DNA of 59,695 nt, the filler included, from Sphacelaria rigidula (lineage: Eukaryota), in NCBI GenBank assembly GCA_964200075.2. It is 5 parts of 5 records of this genome, joined end to end, with 100 filler letters (N's around TTAATTAATTAA, not from the genome) between each part and the next. Parts side by side here need not be neighbours in the genome. Positions count along the whole stretch, not along the records: positions 11,962 to 23,821 come from CAXNAA020004411.1; positions 23,922 to 35,780 come from CAXNAA020004412.1; 3 more parts are not named here. One strand, 5' to 3'. Both the position numbers and the translations under genes were made by a program. Position 1 is the stretch's first letter. Every line of letters begins with the position of its first letter. Under the pieces are notes generated by a model. The model was not told the origin of the DNA and did not search any database. It saw nothing but the letters and a program-made list of their open reading frames with translations. Of the stretch, positions 11,962-24,868 are shown in pieces.

Positions 11962-13862
11962 ACCACACTCATGCGAAAAATGACCGTCTGTGCCATAAAA
12001 TGGTCACCCCGATTATGAGTACACGAATTTGAGTCCCCCGGATTTTTTCAAAATCAGGGTAAAAAAAATTCGGGATTCGTTTGCCATAAAAGTGGGTCTT
12101 AGCAACCGTGTAGCTTTTGTTTCGAGGTTTGTTAGCTTTTTGACCACCAGGTTGGGCAATTTGTCATTTGGGTCTTTCAGCCACTTCTGGTAGTGAAAAG
12201 AATGCGGAATAAGGAACACTTGACCCTCCCTGGCGGTGAAACGGTTGGATATCGGGTGTGTAAGGGGGGTAGCAACAGAACGAATATAGCAACCTTGGCC
12301 GAGTAGGCTATACTCAATTACGGGGAATTTTGAAAGTCGTATTTTGAGCACTCAAATTGGGGTGGGGTGTTAAGAGTCCTATCCAAAAAAATAACTGGAA
12401 AACGACCTCTAACACCCTAAGTGCGACTTCCGAAATGCCAATCGAGTATGACCCACTCGATCTGCCCTTCTGACCTATTAATAGAGAGCTAGTTGACAGC
12501 GAAGATTCAAACCTAGCCTGTTGTTCTTCCAAACAATAAAAAAACGTTCGCCAGAGCAACAGCAGAGCATCTACCCCAGATGGAGCTCAAGCAGCGTACA
12601 TTTGCGGTGACCTGGAATCTTACCATCGTACAGTAATCTGTACCCTTTTTAGTCCGGTAATAGGTTCAGGGGTAAACCTGGCCGGTTGTGTTGTACTACA
12701 ACTACAACTACAGTACTACTACTATTCTACAAGCGCACGCATGGCATTGACCGCGCCTCCTACATGGAATGTGCAAACTGTCACGGGATGCAACGAAATA
12801 GAGTTGATTGAGGATGCGTGTGGAGACGGGAGCATGGAGGCGGGCGGGGGGAGGGGTGGGTATAGGATAACGCAAGGTGATGCGATGCTGCACCGCGGTA
12901 CAACGAAGAAGTAAAGAAGCATGCCCAACTGACTGCACGTGTTTTTGAGCAGTGTGCAACTTGGCCTCTCTTTGCTCGTTCTTGTTATGATGCACTTTTT
13001 GTTTGTTTCAGCGTGTGCAGTGTACAGCACAAGACAGAACTGCTTCGTCCGCACTCGGACGGGCCCGTTTGTCTTCCGCAACATCGCAGCGTGTCATGAA
13101 CCCAGCAGCTTAACACATAAAATACAGAACACGGAAGGTCCAAGAGCATGTTCTCCTGCCTACAACTGTCTGTCTGCAGTACAGTCAGGTTCGATCGCCA
13201 TTCCCCCGCTGTGATATCGCCTCTGGTCATCATCACCGGAATTTTCGACACAACGTGCGGCTTCCACGTGTTTCGCTGGGCGTGTGCGTGCCGACACATT
13301 GCCGTTGCTACCATGATGGGCATTACCGCGAGAAACGGTCACGAGCACCATGCATACCGATGACATAGAAATATTCGTACTTCCCGCTGTTAGCCCTCAG
13401 ACAGCGAGCCATCTGAGGCGGGTAAACAAGACGAGAGAGTACAGTTCTTTGCGTTGACGCAAAAAATGACTGGTACCAAAGTACTGTGTTGTAGTGGGTG
13501 AAGGGATCACTGTTGTCCGTCACGTCGCGCAAGAAACGAGAGCTAGTTCATGACGGCACAGGACATCCCCAGCGCATCACCATTTGCTCAGCTGTTCATT
13601 TATCTGCTTGGGTACCGCGTACTGCATGCGCAAACACCGACCGATACTAGCTGTCGACGGTGTGCGCTTGCATAGCACTCGTTGACTCGACGGGGTAGGG
13701 TGATATTACATGTGACAATGTTGCAGAGACCGTCTATCAATAATAGCAATAAATGGATGTACGAAGGCGTACACACAGACAACGTTACAGTAGTCTCTCC
13801 CATAGTATACCGTATGCACTCTCGTCAGTCCGTAGCGAAGGAAATGCTGATCCAATGCGCAG

Positions 13863-14003
13863 CTCCACCGAACAAGTCACCAACGGTATCAACACGACGA
13901 GAATATCCTGGAATTGTCGGCGTGCATGGTACAGCAGCTGTACAAGCTGGCGAGGGCGTACGCGCCGCGCCAGATTTGGATGCCCCGTGCGCGGTCATAC
14001 GAA
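13863..14003 (+). CDS. Isolated candidate exon of an unknown protein
   Basis: ctgat...cag acceptor and GAA|gtacgt donor enclose 47 open codons with coding-like GC3 (LHRTSHQRYQHDENILELSACMVQQLYKLARAYAPRQIWMPRARSYE). No family recognised. Confidence 0.4.
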
Positions 14004-14340
14004 GTACGTACAGTACTGCAAGCGAGAGCACGTAGACTGCACGCAGAGATGGGGGGGGGGGGGGGGGGAAACCAAGGAAAAGCCTGTCCGGAAAAAGGGC
14101 CCGGGGTGGGGGGTTGTCGGTGTGCTCTGCCTANNNNNNNNNNTCGTCTTGCGCGCCTGGCGCTGGCTAGGGTCGGCGCTGGCGTGGGGGGGGGGGGGGT
14201 CGCGGTTGCAATCAAGGTAAAGCCTGTACCGGAAAAGGGCCCAGGGTGCGGTGCTGTCAGTGTGCTCTGCCTATACATCACCGCTGCGGGGTAGAGTGAG
14301 GATGATGAGTATTTTGCGAAAGAGGCCAAATACACCCTGC

Positions 14341-14617
14341 GGCGCCCCGGTGGTATGATGGTGCGACTGGTGCCATAAGGGTTGAGAGGACGTGGGTTCG
14401 ATTCCCGATATGTTGGGTTTTTTCATCGAAGTAGCTGAGGGGGTGACTAAACAAAAAGAGGTTGATTGAGTTTGTTTGACGGGACTTGACGCGGTGCGGG
14501 AGTGCTGACCCAATCCACGAGACGAAAATCCAAGCATACACCGGGGAGAGATGGTTTCATCCCTTGAGAACACGGGTTCGTTCCGAAGACGGGAAGGGGT
14601 GCAAAGTGTGACAAAAG
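14341..14617 (+). mobile_element. tRNA-derived SINE (same family as 6700-6964)
   Basis: CCCGGTGGTATGATGG ... GGGTTCGATTCCC head and the shared GGGAGTGCTGACCCAATCC...CCCTTGAGA body. Confidence 0.75.
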
Positions 14618-16959
14618 AGGCCTCCAGCTTGAGGGTGGGGGGCAAGGATTCGTGCTGGACGCTCGCAAACCAAGACAAGGACCACTTGTGCGTGTAGGAC
14701 TTGAAAACAGAGAAATATATTTTTTATTTTTTTGGCAATTGATTTTCAGTGCAGAGTAGGGACTAGAGGCGATACAGTCAGTGCATGCGTACAGTGAATA
14801 TAAACTACAGTACAGTAGACAATGCTGAAGAGTAGTCTCCAGCACAGTCCTCTGACAAAAGTACAGTCGGTTCTTGTCCTTCAATACGTTACTTCGAGAC
14901 CGGAGACAACAAGAGTACAGGCACAACCTTTCTGTAGTACCAGAGTACAGTCAGTACTTTACAGTACTGTCCCGAGTACAACGCACAGGCAGAAAATCCA
15001 TTGCGGTGGTTTCCCCTGAGGCATCGCTTATACGTACAGTACATAGATCAAGATAGCATTAAAAAAAAGTACAACACGCATCATTACGCCACCACACAAG
15101 CACACGCACACGTCCAATAAACCTGCAGCGGAACACCCACACGCATCCCCATAGCTTTTGTCTTTGGTCTTCGAAGTCACATACCGACTTTCAAAACAGG
15201 CAAGCAAGTCAAATACAACAATGCAAAAGAGAGACGGAGCGCAGATCATCATTTTTAATACTACAGGCGCATCGTAACGAAAAATCAATCAAACACGCTC
15301 CCCGGAAAAACAAATCAAAAGAAAATCATCACACCTCCAAATTTTGAAGAGAAGCAGAGTTGCGCGTCATCCTCATCGGAGGCGAGGTAGCAGTAGCCGC
15401 CGAAGCCAAGCTTCTCCCTCCAGCACCGTGCATCATTAGCGCGCCGCCAAATCGTTGGACCTCCAATAATCCACCCTCCCGCCCCCGGTGCCCACTCCCA
15501 CCCTCCCCTACTACTGTACACACCTAGTACCCAGAAGGGCAGACAGGCCGTTTTTATTTTTGTGCAACCTGCTTCTCCGCACCAGCTCGAGCCAAACACT
15601 TCCTTGTTTTCCGCGTTTCGTGTATTTGTGTTATCCCTGTCAAACTTGTGAGCTTACTCTGTGTAGAAAGGCTTTGAACTCTGCCTGTTTCTGTCTCATT
15701 CCCTGCTCTGCGCAGCACCCTTCGTGGAATTCAAGGTTGCCAACGTACAACACCGTACTGCACTAGGCAGAGCTGGAGCTGTGAAGAAAAGGCTGCAATG
15801 CAAACACAACACTAATTTCCCGCATTGTGTCTCGAGAAAAACGCCTCCCGGGTTCGGAGTAAAGGAGTACGACAAAGTGTACTGAACACAGAGCGGTAAA
15901 GACAAAGGGTTTGTTGGATTGCAGTAGGCACCGAGTTACCGGACAGTACAGTCAGTGGAATCCCGTGTTGTAGCTTTCTTGCCTGTGTTTTGGATGTTAT
16001 GAGTTACTTTGCCCACGCGAGGTGGAAGTAGTAACATGCGCCTTATCCGCTTCCGTGCTGAGATTCGAAGACGATATAGCCGGTTAGTTGCAAACAGTTA
16101 CTACTGTACTAGTGTACTGTTGTCGCTCAGAACCCTCCAGGTTACTGTATTTGCACTCGGATGTTCACTGGCAAATAGACAGTTCCTTGACCGCGAACAG
16201 GTCGAGGGCGCTGTGCAGAGTCCATGGCCTATTAGATATGCCTTAGATGCTTCAGTCGTGAAGTAAAAGCCGAATGCTAGAAACTTGATGCTGCACCTCT
16301 TACGTGTCAGCCAACTTCCGAGATCCCTTGAACCTACTCGTACTTCCCAACGGCAAAACACACATGCCACGAGCCGTTTCATCGGCTGGTGTACCCCCAG
16401 TAACTCTCGAGTCGAATGCGAGAGAAGGCTACGACTTTTCTGCGCTAGATACCCTTTCACACGTCATCGCTGTGTCGAGTGGGCCTAGCACATGAAACGA
16501 TATCGATCAAAATCAGCGCTGAGTGTAGTCGACGGTGATATTTGCAGTCGCACGGCTTCCGCGGCGACTGCCACGTGGTTGTAGTTCGAGATCACATCTA
16601 AGTGAACACGCCAATAGTCATCCCTTGTTGCTTCTTGCTCCGTCGAAACTACTTCCAAAGCTCACGTAGTACAGAGAACAAAGCGTGCCACAGCACGCCG
16701 AGAACTGTCAAGTATGCCCCCGACAGCATGTATGACAAATATGCATACACAAACGTACAGCAAACAATAAACGCCGCAATCACAGCATCGCTACAACAGC
16801 GGTACAGACGGTGTTGTCGCATTTTTTCTGGGCGCCGGTCTACACCTTTCGGTATTTGTGGGCGCACCAGCTGGGGTCACACAGGAGCAAAGTCAACACA
16901 GGAGTTTTTCGTTTTTGTTTTGTTTCAGTAATCCACCTTCCTTTTGCGGTGCTTGCCTT

Positions 16960-17155
16960 TTATTTTTTATCGCAAGGGGGGTTTAGCAGTCCCTTTCCTT
17001 CGTCGACCATGAAGTCGAATGTTGTGTACCCACGACATAGTTGCTCTTGACTGTAGGGCATGAGAAAAAATCCCAGATCGCTCCGAGATTCGAACCCACA
17101 ACCCGACCATCATCAGGGTTCGAGGTTACCAACTGAGCCACCGGAGCGACCGGTC
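16960..17155 (-). mobile_element. tRNA-like SINE head plus short body
   Basis: Minus strand GTCGCTCCGGTGGCTCAGTTGGTAA...GGGTTCGAATCTCGGAGCGATC: A and B boxes and an acceptor-like stem, but no canonical anticodon arm. A-rich end near 16960. Confidence 0.6.
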
Positions 17156-17413
17156 CATAGTGCAGAGCAATGAACTGTACGGCACTAATCGCTCTGCATC
17201 TTGCCATCGAAATCGCAAGCGAAATCGCATTACCAGAAAAGATGTTAGCACGACACGAGACGAGAGCCGCAGGAAAACCCATGGCTCAAAACACCATACA
17301 TGTACCGTAGGGCATCATGGGTTAACAAGGTTACAACAGTACAGTAGTCTTATGAAAGAACGCCCGATATATTAGCAGCCAAGCCCAATGCAGACACCCA
17401 TGCCATCCTTATC

Positions 17414-19743
17414 CTACAACACCGCGCCCCCACACCGTGATCCCGAAACGTATTCATCAAATCCTGGCCAAAGCCACACGGGCGTGGGCGGTGCTCTTCC
17501 CTCTCCGGGTACCACAGCATCTAAGTCGTGCGCTGCATCCATAACATCCAACAACCCAATCGATCCCTCGTCCCCTGTCCTCTCCCATCTCCGCCCCACA
17601 GCAGCAGTCACTCCGATAGCCTTGTTTGACAAATTCGCAGCGCTCAGCTTCTGATCAAGACTCGACACAGCGGGGTCGTCCATGTCGAACGGCCGAAGAA
17701 ATGGACCCCTCGAAACCTCAAACGCCTCCTGCACCAACGCCGCCGCCGCCGCCCCCGAAGCATTTTCCATCCTGGTAGCGTCGCTACCGCGGCAGCCAGC
17801 TGCATCATCTTTCATTCGTGATCCACAGCCGAGATTAAATGCCGTGTCTTCGTGCCTCCAAAGCTCTTGCGCCCGGCTGACACTCGCGGTGCCCCATTCT
17901 ACCGGAAAATCTAAGGGCTCTCCGGTGGCTAGCTCAAATCGAACTGCGTCGGGTGTGATGCCGTCGGAAACGGCGGAGGCAGTGGAAGCCACGCCGGTCG
18001 GGGCTGCAGAGAAGGCTGAAGTGTGAAAGGACCCTCCCTTCATCTCTCGAAGCTCTCTCTTGGTCTTTTTCTCAGGATTTTTCTTGAGGTGCCGCTTAGT
18101 AAGAGATACGGGTACCACCGGGGGTGGTAAGATTCCGAACTAGAACGTGCAATTCAGGAAAACGAGGGGATAGCGAGCGCAAGGGTTGCGGCGGGTGCAA
18201 GTGCAGGTGGTGGATTCGCTGCTGGATTGTCGCATATTAACTCACCCATCGAAAAGCCAGCCGTGTTCACAGAGCGAGGTCCTTAGGACACATGTACGGA
18301 AACACTGGCTGATGGCAACCCGAGCAAAAAAAGCAAGAATGAAAAAAGTAAAAGAATCAAGTGTTGAAACAAACAGAAAAGGCTGACGGACGCCAGGCAA
18401 ATGAAATAGTACCGGTCCTGGGCAAAACCCGAACAACCATCTATCAGCGCTTCAAGTGGGAAGGCTATGCAATTGGTAAACTCGTGGAACCAGGATGCGA
18501 CTCCGCTACCTGGGACCACAAGACACTAGGCATGGACTCTCGCTCGCCGTCCCCACTCGCCAACCCCATAAGACGGAGGCATAACAATCCATACAGTACC
18601 GCGAGATTAGATCATGAAACAACAGGAGAGAAGAGCAAAAGGAAGGAAAGTGATCCAGAAACCCAGAACCAGAATATGGCATGCACAGACAGTGAGTGGA
18701 CATAGCTCCAACTGCGGAGCAGAGCTGAGGACGGAAGCTGGCAACAACAGTATCATGGGATGAGACGAGGGTATAACCTGCCGTGTAAACTCCCGTTTTG
18801 CCCTCACCCCTAGTTAGGGACAAATGGGACGACGCTCGGTCATTTCCGACTTGAATTGCTCACAGGCTGTTTGTGGACTAGGCAAAACTGATCATGCTGT
18901 CATTCTTTGGCACGGGGGAAGGTAAAAACAACTTCAGGATGATGGCTCTTAATTCCAAAACACCTCCCCTACACAGCCCGATCCATGCATCGGCGAGTGA
19001 AAGGGTAAACATATAAACGAAGCCACGTCAGACGAAGTCTTGCGAGCCGGGCGGAGGCAGTACTGTATGCTTGTGTGACACAGCCTGTATTTGCACTGGC
19101 TAATCAAACATATTTTGTTGACTGCTCGGTTGAGAATCCGGCTGTGGCCAATACAGAAGCACTGGCTGGAGAGAGCCTCAGTAAGACAACGGAAAAGGAC
19201 AAAAACAAAGTAGCAGAGGAAAACAGTGACAAAATAATGATCAAATAAACTGACGACAGCGGTCGGGTTAACAATGATGGCCAGGCATATCCCCGACAGG
19301 GCTTTTCACGTGTGGCCAAACAGCGAGGAAAATGGTGGGAGCACGGTGATAAATCATTCGGGAAATAGTATTAACAAGAACCGTACGGCGTACATTAACC
19401 GTCTGATGGGGAAGTTATCTGCATGTAATGACGTTTTGGCATTAAAAGCAATAATATTGAATTGATATGTAGAGAGCGTTAAAACTGTACTGCCGGGCCT
19501 AGTGGTTCATTCGCAATCAGTCAAATGAGGCGAAGTCGAACGTAATGCACCGACCCCAGACTCCGGCCTCTCTTTCTCCCAGAATCCTTGGCAGCTATGC
19601 CTGCTGTCACACACCTGACCAAGGAGCCAGGCTACTCTGTCGCTGGGCTTAGCTCCGACTCCGATCCAGTATCGGACTCTGTCCACCTTGAAAGTTACTT
19701 CCTTAATGCCGGCCTTGTTTGCCATGGGGTTATATGTGCCAAC
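17414..19743 (-). CDS. rps16: Nuclear-encoded mitochondrial ribosomal protein S16 (3' part) with long C-terminal extension
   Basis: Exon 19743-19615 (cag|VGTYNPMANKAGIKEVTFKVDRVRYWIGVGAKPSDRVAWLLGQ|gtgtgt) is the conserved S16 core (GTYNP ... RVRYWIGVGAxPSDRVAxLL). It joins in phase 0 to exon 18139-17414 (ctag|FGILPPPVVP...GGAVL*). The N-terminal exon was not found in this scaffold. Confidence 0.88.
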
Positions 19744-20274
19744 CTGTCCGGGGAGCGAACATGAAAATGACAGAAGGGAAGGGAAAAGAAGCATATCGTG
19801 GCTGATTTATGCAAAATGACGAAAGAGCCATATCATGTCAACGATTCTACAAGTCCGCTGCGAATATTGCGGCCTCGGTCTGAAGCGTCCCCACCCAGTT
19901 GTGACCAAGCGGTGAATTCACGACAGGCGCTTGTGGCAATTTGTTCTTCCTTAATCCAGGTATCCATTCACTTGAAAAAAAATATGCGTGATCTAGATGG
20001 ACTACCCGCACCGCGATCAAAGGGTCAAGAAGCAGATAACTCGCCCCCGCAGGGAAGGAGTCAGTTTAACCCTGTGACGCCAAAAACGGGCAAGCTGTTG
20101 AACCAATACCACTTTCGCCTCGACAATGAATGCCAAGAACCAGATGACCCACCCTCTTTCAATCAAGCTGCGACAAAAAAAAAAAAAGCTTTTTGGTGAA
20201 TACGAGTAGTAATACCCAAGCAATACCCAATATTTGGGTAGATTTTGGCGACCGGACCATCGCAATACATACAA

Positions 20275-21870
20275 AATTACAAGGTTGTGTTCTGTAGGGT
20301 ACGGTTTTCTGTATACCTGGGGTATATTGCCGGGTATTTACCGTACCCGACAGTGCTGTGACTTCTGTAAGACTTTCATACCCTTACCCGATGGTTCTGT
20401 AATATCTGAAAGCCTCCCGTACCGTTACCGGGGGGAACGTGTACGCTTTTGAAGATACCTGATTGCGGGTACGGTTTTCTGTGCAGCCTGCATACCCTAA
20501 CCGACAGTTTCTGAGAGTTCTGCAAGCCTCCCATATCCTCACCCGACAGTTCTGTGAGTTCTGTAAAGAATGTTCACCTGTACCCGGAGCGCTGTACCCG
20601 TTTTCTGTAAGCCTCCCATACAATATCCAACAAGTTCTGTACTTTCCGTAAGACTTTCATTTCACGTACCCGACTGTTCTGTGAGCTCTGTAAGACTTCC
20701 ATACCCCTACCCGTGGTTAGGGTATACCGTTATAAATATACCCGATTGCAGGTATGAGAACAGGTATAATATGCCTTGGGGAGGTACGGATATAGGTTCA
20801 ATTCAAACACAACCTCATGACCTGAAAATATACCTCCCACCTATCAACCCACCCAACTTCATCATTCAACACTGCACACCAACAACAATGATTCCATGTT
20901 GAAAAGTTCTTCGGTTTGGGATCTGACGGGATACAAGGTACCGCTGAGTGGAAGCACGAAATGTGAGCAGCCATGCAGACCGTCAAGATGGACAAACCCA
21001 GACTCGAGTGATGGCCCGAGCGGGGGCGGTTCATCTGTGCTACCAGAGGATCAAGTAGCAAGAAGCACGTCATCGACGTTGATGATGGTTGTGTCGTGGT
21101 CATCAAACCCCATGCCGTTATCCACATGTACAGCACGGAGTATGAGCTGCCACCGAAAGTCGTCAAGGCCGTCGGTGATTTTGTCGTGGGCCGAAGGGCT
21201 TCCAGAGAACGGGCAGGCGCGAATGCTACTTCATGTCCTCTCTGGGAGTGTATGTGAAGCCGGCAGATGTTGACGATCCCGTGCGCATGTACTACTGCGA
21301 TTGTTCGTGTAGTCTTTCTTCATCAACCCCGTGAAGCCGTTCAGAGTTTCACGAGCTGTCATGTGTATTTCGCCATTGTTATAGTGACGTAGGTCCCACC
21401 GCAGGGGTGATGATAACAACAAGGTCGTGTTTGGTAGGGTACGGTTTTCTGCGAACCCGGGGTATTTTGTCGGGTGTTTACCGTACCCGACAGTGCGGTG
21501 ACTTCTGTAAGACCTCCATACCCTTACCCGATGGTTCTGTAATCTCTGTAAGACCTTCATACCCGTGCCCGATAGTTATGTGGGTTCTGTAAGCCTCCCG
21601 TACCATTACCGGGGGGCACGGGTATACTCTTGATGAGATACCCGGTTGTAGGTGCGGTTTTCGGTGCAACCTCCCTACCCTACCCGAAAGTTTTTGTGAG
21701 TTCTGTAAGCCTCCCATACCCTTACCCGACAGGTCTGTGAGCTCTGCACAGAAACTTTAGCTTGACCCGAGGGGCGGGTATACCCTGAAAGAGTTACCCG
21801 ATTGCCGGTGCCCGTTTTCCGTAAGCCTTCCATACCGTACCCGACAAGTTATGTAATTTCTGTAAGAGTT
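20275..21870 (+). repeat. Two direct copies (20275-20775; 21415-21870 continuing 22134-22210) of an internally repetitive element (TACCCG..GTTCTGT.AG units)
   Basis: Both copies start ACAAGGT.GTGTT..GTAGGGTACGGTTTTCTG and are colinear for about 450 bp. Confidence 0.8.
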
Positions 21871-21871
21871 T

Positions 21872-22133
21872 CACACGTCGGACAGATCATGATCCGTCTA
21901 AAAATGACTCTTTCTCAGTAGTATACTGACCCGGATTATGATCCGGATCATCTTACCCTACTTTTCCATGTTTGTTCCTTACCGCGCCGGACGCCGACCA
22001 CGCCGATTAGCGCAAGGGTTGCGCTTTGGTTTTTCTGACTCCACAGTCACAGATTTCTTGTTTTTGGAGCAACGGATTCGAGACTCTTCTTTGATCAGCT
22101 GTTTCAGAAATATCATCATCTGTCCGACGTGTG
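21872..22133. mobile_element. 262-bp MITE with 8-bp TSD (hAT/P-like)
   Basis: TIR CACACGTCGGACAGAT.ATGAT / ATCAT.ATCTGTCCGACGTGTG, flanked by AAGAGTTT on both sides (21864-21871 and 22134-22141). A second partial copy lies at 36055-36270. Confidence 0.85.
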
Positions 22134-23499
22134 AAGAGTTTCATACCGGTACCCGACAGTTCTATAAGTTCTGCAAGGAATCCAATACCCTACAGAACGT
22201 ACCCGTACCTTGCAGAGAACACAACCTTGGAAGCATCCTCATCACTTGCACGTAAACAAAAATCCTTCCGGACGCCGTCGGCCTCGAAAAAAAGTCCAAT
22301 GGATATCATTGAGGTGAGTCTAAAAACAACCGCGATACAGGTCGAAGAGTTGACCCGCTCCATGCATACCCGGGCGGCTAGTTGGACGCGAAAAAAAAAA
22401 ACAGCCACTTTCTTTCGGGGGATGCGGGGGGGTCGGATTTGTTGTTTTAGGTGGAGAGACAACGCCTAGAAAGGGAAGACTATTGCCAAGCAGATACCTC
22501 GCGTCATGATTATTCGGGCATACATAACCATCAGTGGCATTTTGGCGTCTCCGGAGAACAGTGAAAACCATCGTACCACTCCAACAGTAGCACATGTGCG
22601 TGGCCGGCACAACGCAGCTATTCTCCTTGAGCGGCTGGGCGGCGGGACGTACTTGGCACACGGGGTGTAGGTGCTGTAGGTGGGGCGTGCGGTGCGGTGT
22701 GGTTGGGTAATGCTTTGCTTCTGTGCCTGGCGTTTGCTTAAGACTTCCCACCAGCCCGCACAGCCAACTGAGAAGCAATAATAGCACAAGTTCACATACA
22801 CACAATAAACCCGCAAGGAAGGAATCGCAGCGGTTCCCCTCACAAGTCCGTGCTACCAGAAACTGGATCACGATACGTAGCATTCGGGCCTTCATCGAAA
22901 TGCTTCGAGAACCGCTGTGGATTTGCAAAGGTCTGGCGCGGGTAGCCACCGCCCCAATACAAGTGATATAGTTTTCACAGTGAATTGAACGATGAAAGGG
23001 GGGCGGGAAAGGTGTAATCGCCTCGCTCAACCACGGCGAAATGCTGCTGCACACCTGTCGGCTACAAGTTATTTTGCCCCACCTTCGCACGGCGCCCGTG
23101 TCCGTCTAGCTTTCATGTACGCCTACTAAAAGATCATCGTCCAAAGACAAGCGGGTCTGTCAGCGGACGAAATATCTCGGGAAACAGGATCCAAGTCGTT
23201 CAAACGATCAAGTGAAATGGTCGCAGATGAAAAAATTGCATCGGTCCCCTTGGCGAGAGACTGTGTTTCATCCATGGTTGGATCAGTGGGTTCGACCAGT
23301 GGGGCTTGTCTTACCAAAGATGAAAGACCAAAGCATCTTTCAGAGTAGAAACGACTTCCGCCACTTGCTACTGGGGGCGGGGGGGGGGGGGGGGGCCGTT
23401 TTTGAAGGTTAAAAACCCCCTAAAGAGGGGGTGGAAGGGTGAATCAAAANNNNNNNNNNAACAGAAGAAAAGCAGAACGGGGGAGTGTGGGGGAGGGGG

Positions 23500-23545
<46 letters not shown>

Positions 23546-23821
23546 CCGTCTTTGAAGGTTAAAACCCCGCTAAGGAGAGGTCGGAAGTGTCAATCACAAT
23601 CTACTGCTATCGTAGCTGATGCTAGGCAAAACATTAGTGGACATCATGGCCGACACCACGCGGTAGCTGAGGTCGTATCTTGACCCAATATTTGCAAAAA
23701 TAAGTTCCGAACCGAGTCATTTCGTTTTTTTGTTGCGGGCAGATTTCGGAGTGATGCTACGTCAGGTGGGGGGAGGGGGGGGGGTGTACTCATGATCATG
23801 CATGCCACAGTCATAAGACCA

Positions 23822-23921
23822 NNNNNNNNNNNNNNNNNNNNNNNNNNNNNNNNNNNNNNNNNNNNTTAATTAATTAANNNNNNNNNNNNNNNNNNNNNNN
23901 NNNNNNNNNNNNNNNNNNNNN
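23822..23921. other. Artificial scaffold linker
   Basis: Same N44-TTAATTAATTAA-N44 structure. Confidence 0.97.
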
Positions 23922-24701
23922 AGTGTGAGGAAAGCACTGTTTTAGGCTTGAACCTCATCTCAAAGTTAAACCTCAATTCGCACAATTTGTTGTTACATTT
24001 TCTTGGCCCAAAAAAACACCGTAGAGTTCATTTAAAAAAATAAAAAACGATCGGACATCGTCAAGGGCCCGTACAAATTGAGGTACCTCTACTTATGGGA
24101 CAGGAAGTAGGTGAGCGGAGTCTACTTGTTGACGTAATGTCACAGTTGATCTTATTTTACAGGTAGTACTGAGTTGGTGAGGCAAGCCACCTGGAGAACT
24201 TGAATCGGGGAAGGTGAGTTTGTATTGGTATTGTTTGGCATTGCTGGCACTTATTCGATGGACCGATTCCATGGATCTCAGCAGAAATCCTGGCTTCGAG
24301 GTCTTGTATTCGGTATTTATGTACACATTGCACTTATGATCGATTGTTTTGACGGCCACACCAACTATAATACGAACATAGTATGCATGCAGTGCATGAT
24401 CACAATTTCGAGGCGACTATGTTCCAGCCTGATTCCCGCTGCATTGATGCACACGCACTTGCTTGCACAGAAGTACTAGTACTTCCTCTGTCCCATAAGT
24501 CTGGTCGCGGTTATGTTTATACGAGCCCTTAACCCTTAGACCGCGAGAAGAGTAATCGGGATTGGGTATCGATCGAGCGACAGACAACACCAAGGGGTCA
24601 GAACCTGGGCCGGTACGGTTGCAGGACCCCCGATGTCCGGTTACAGCCCGTAAGTCGTTCGATATTGACGGTGTAAATTAATGATTTTATATTCAGAGTC
24701 T

Positions 24702-24868
24702 GGAGGAGGGCGTACTCATTATTTATTGCTTGCCTTAGTCGTTCGATCATGGTTCGGAGTTTGGGGGTGTACTCATCATGATCATGCATGCCATAGTCAG
24801 AAGACCATTGACCCCGCATCTCTACAAAGCCCGGATGGAGCACGCCGGGTTTTCGCCGGACCAGGCTC
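24702..24868 (-). mobile_element. Adjacent family-A and family-B 3' ends in the same orientation
   Basis: Family A at 24868-24763 ends GAGTACACCCCC. It is followed about 10 nt later by family B at 24752-24702, which ends GAGTACGCCCTCCTCC. Confidence 0.75.

Noticed and set aside
17075-17155. Functional tRNA, or hammerhead ribozyme (CTGATGA present on the minus strand)
   Set aside because: There is no proper anticodon stem-loop, and no GAAA core with stems II and III. It fits a SINE head better.
23600-23640. IVADAR resembling the missing S16 N-terminus
   Set aside because: It lies on the wrong strand and lacks the surrounding RL.R.G...PFYR and RDG motifs.
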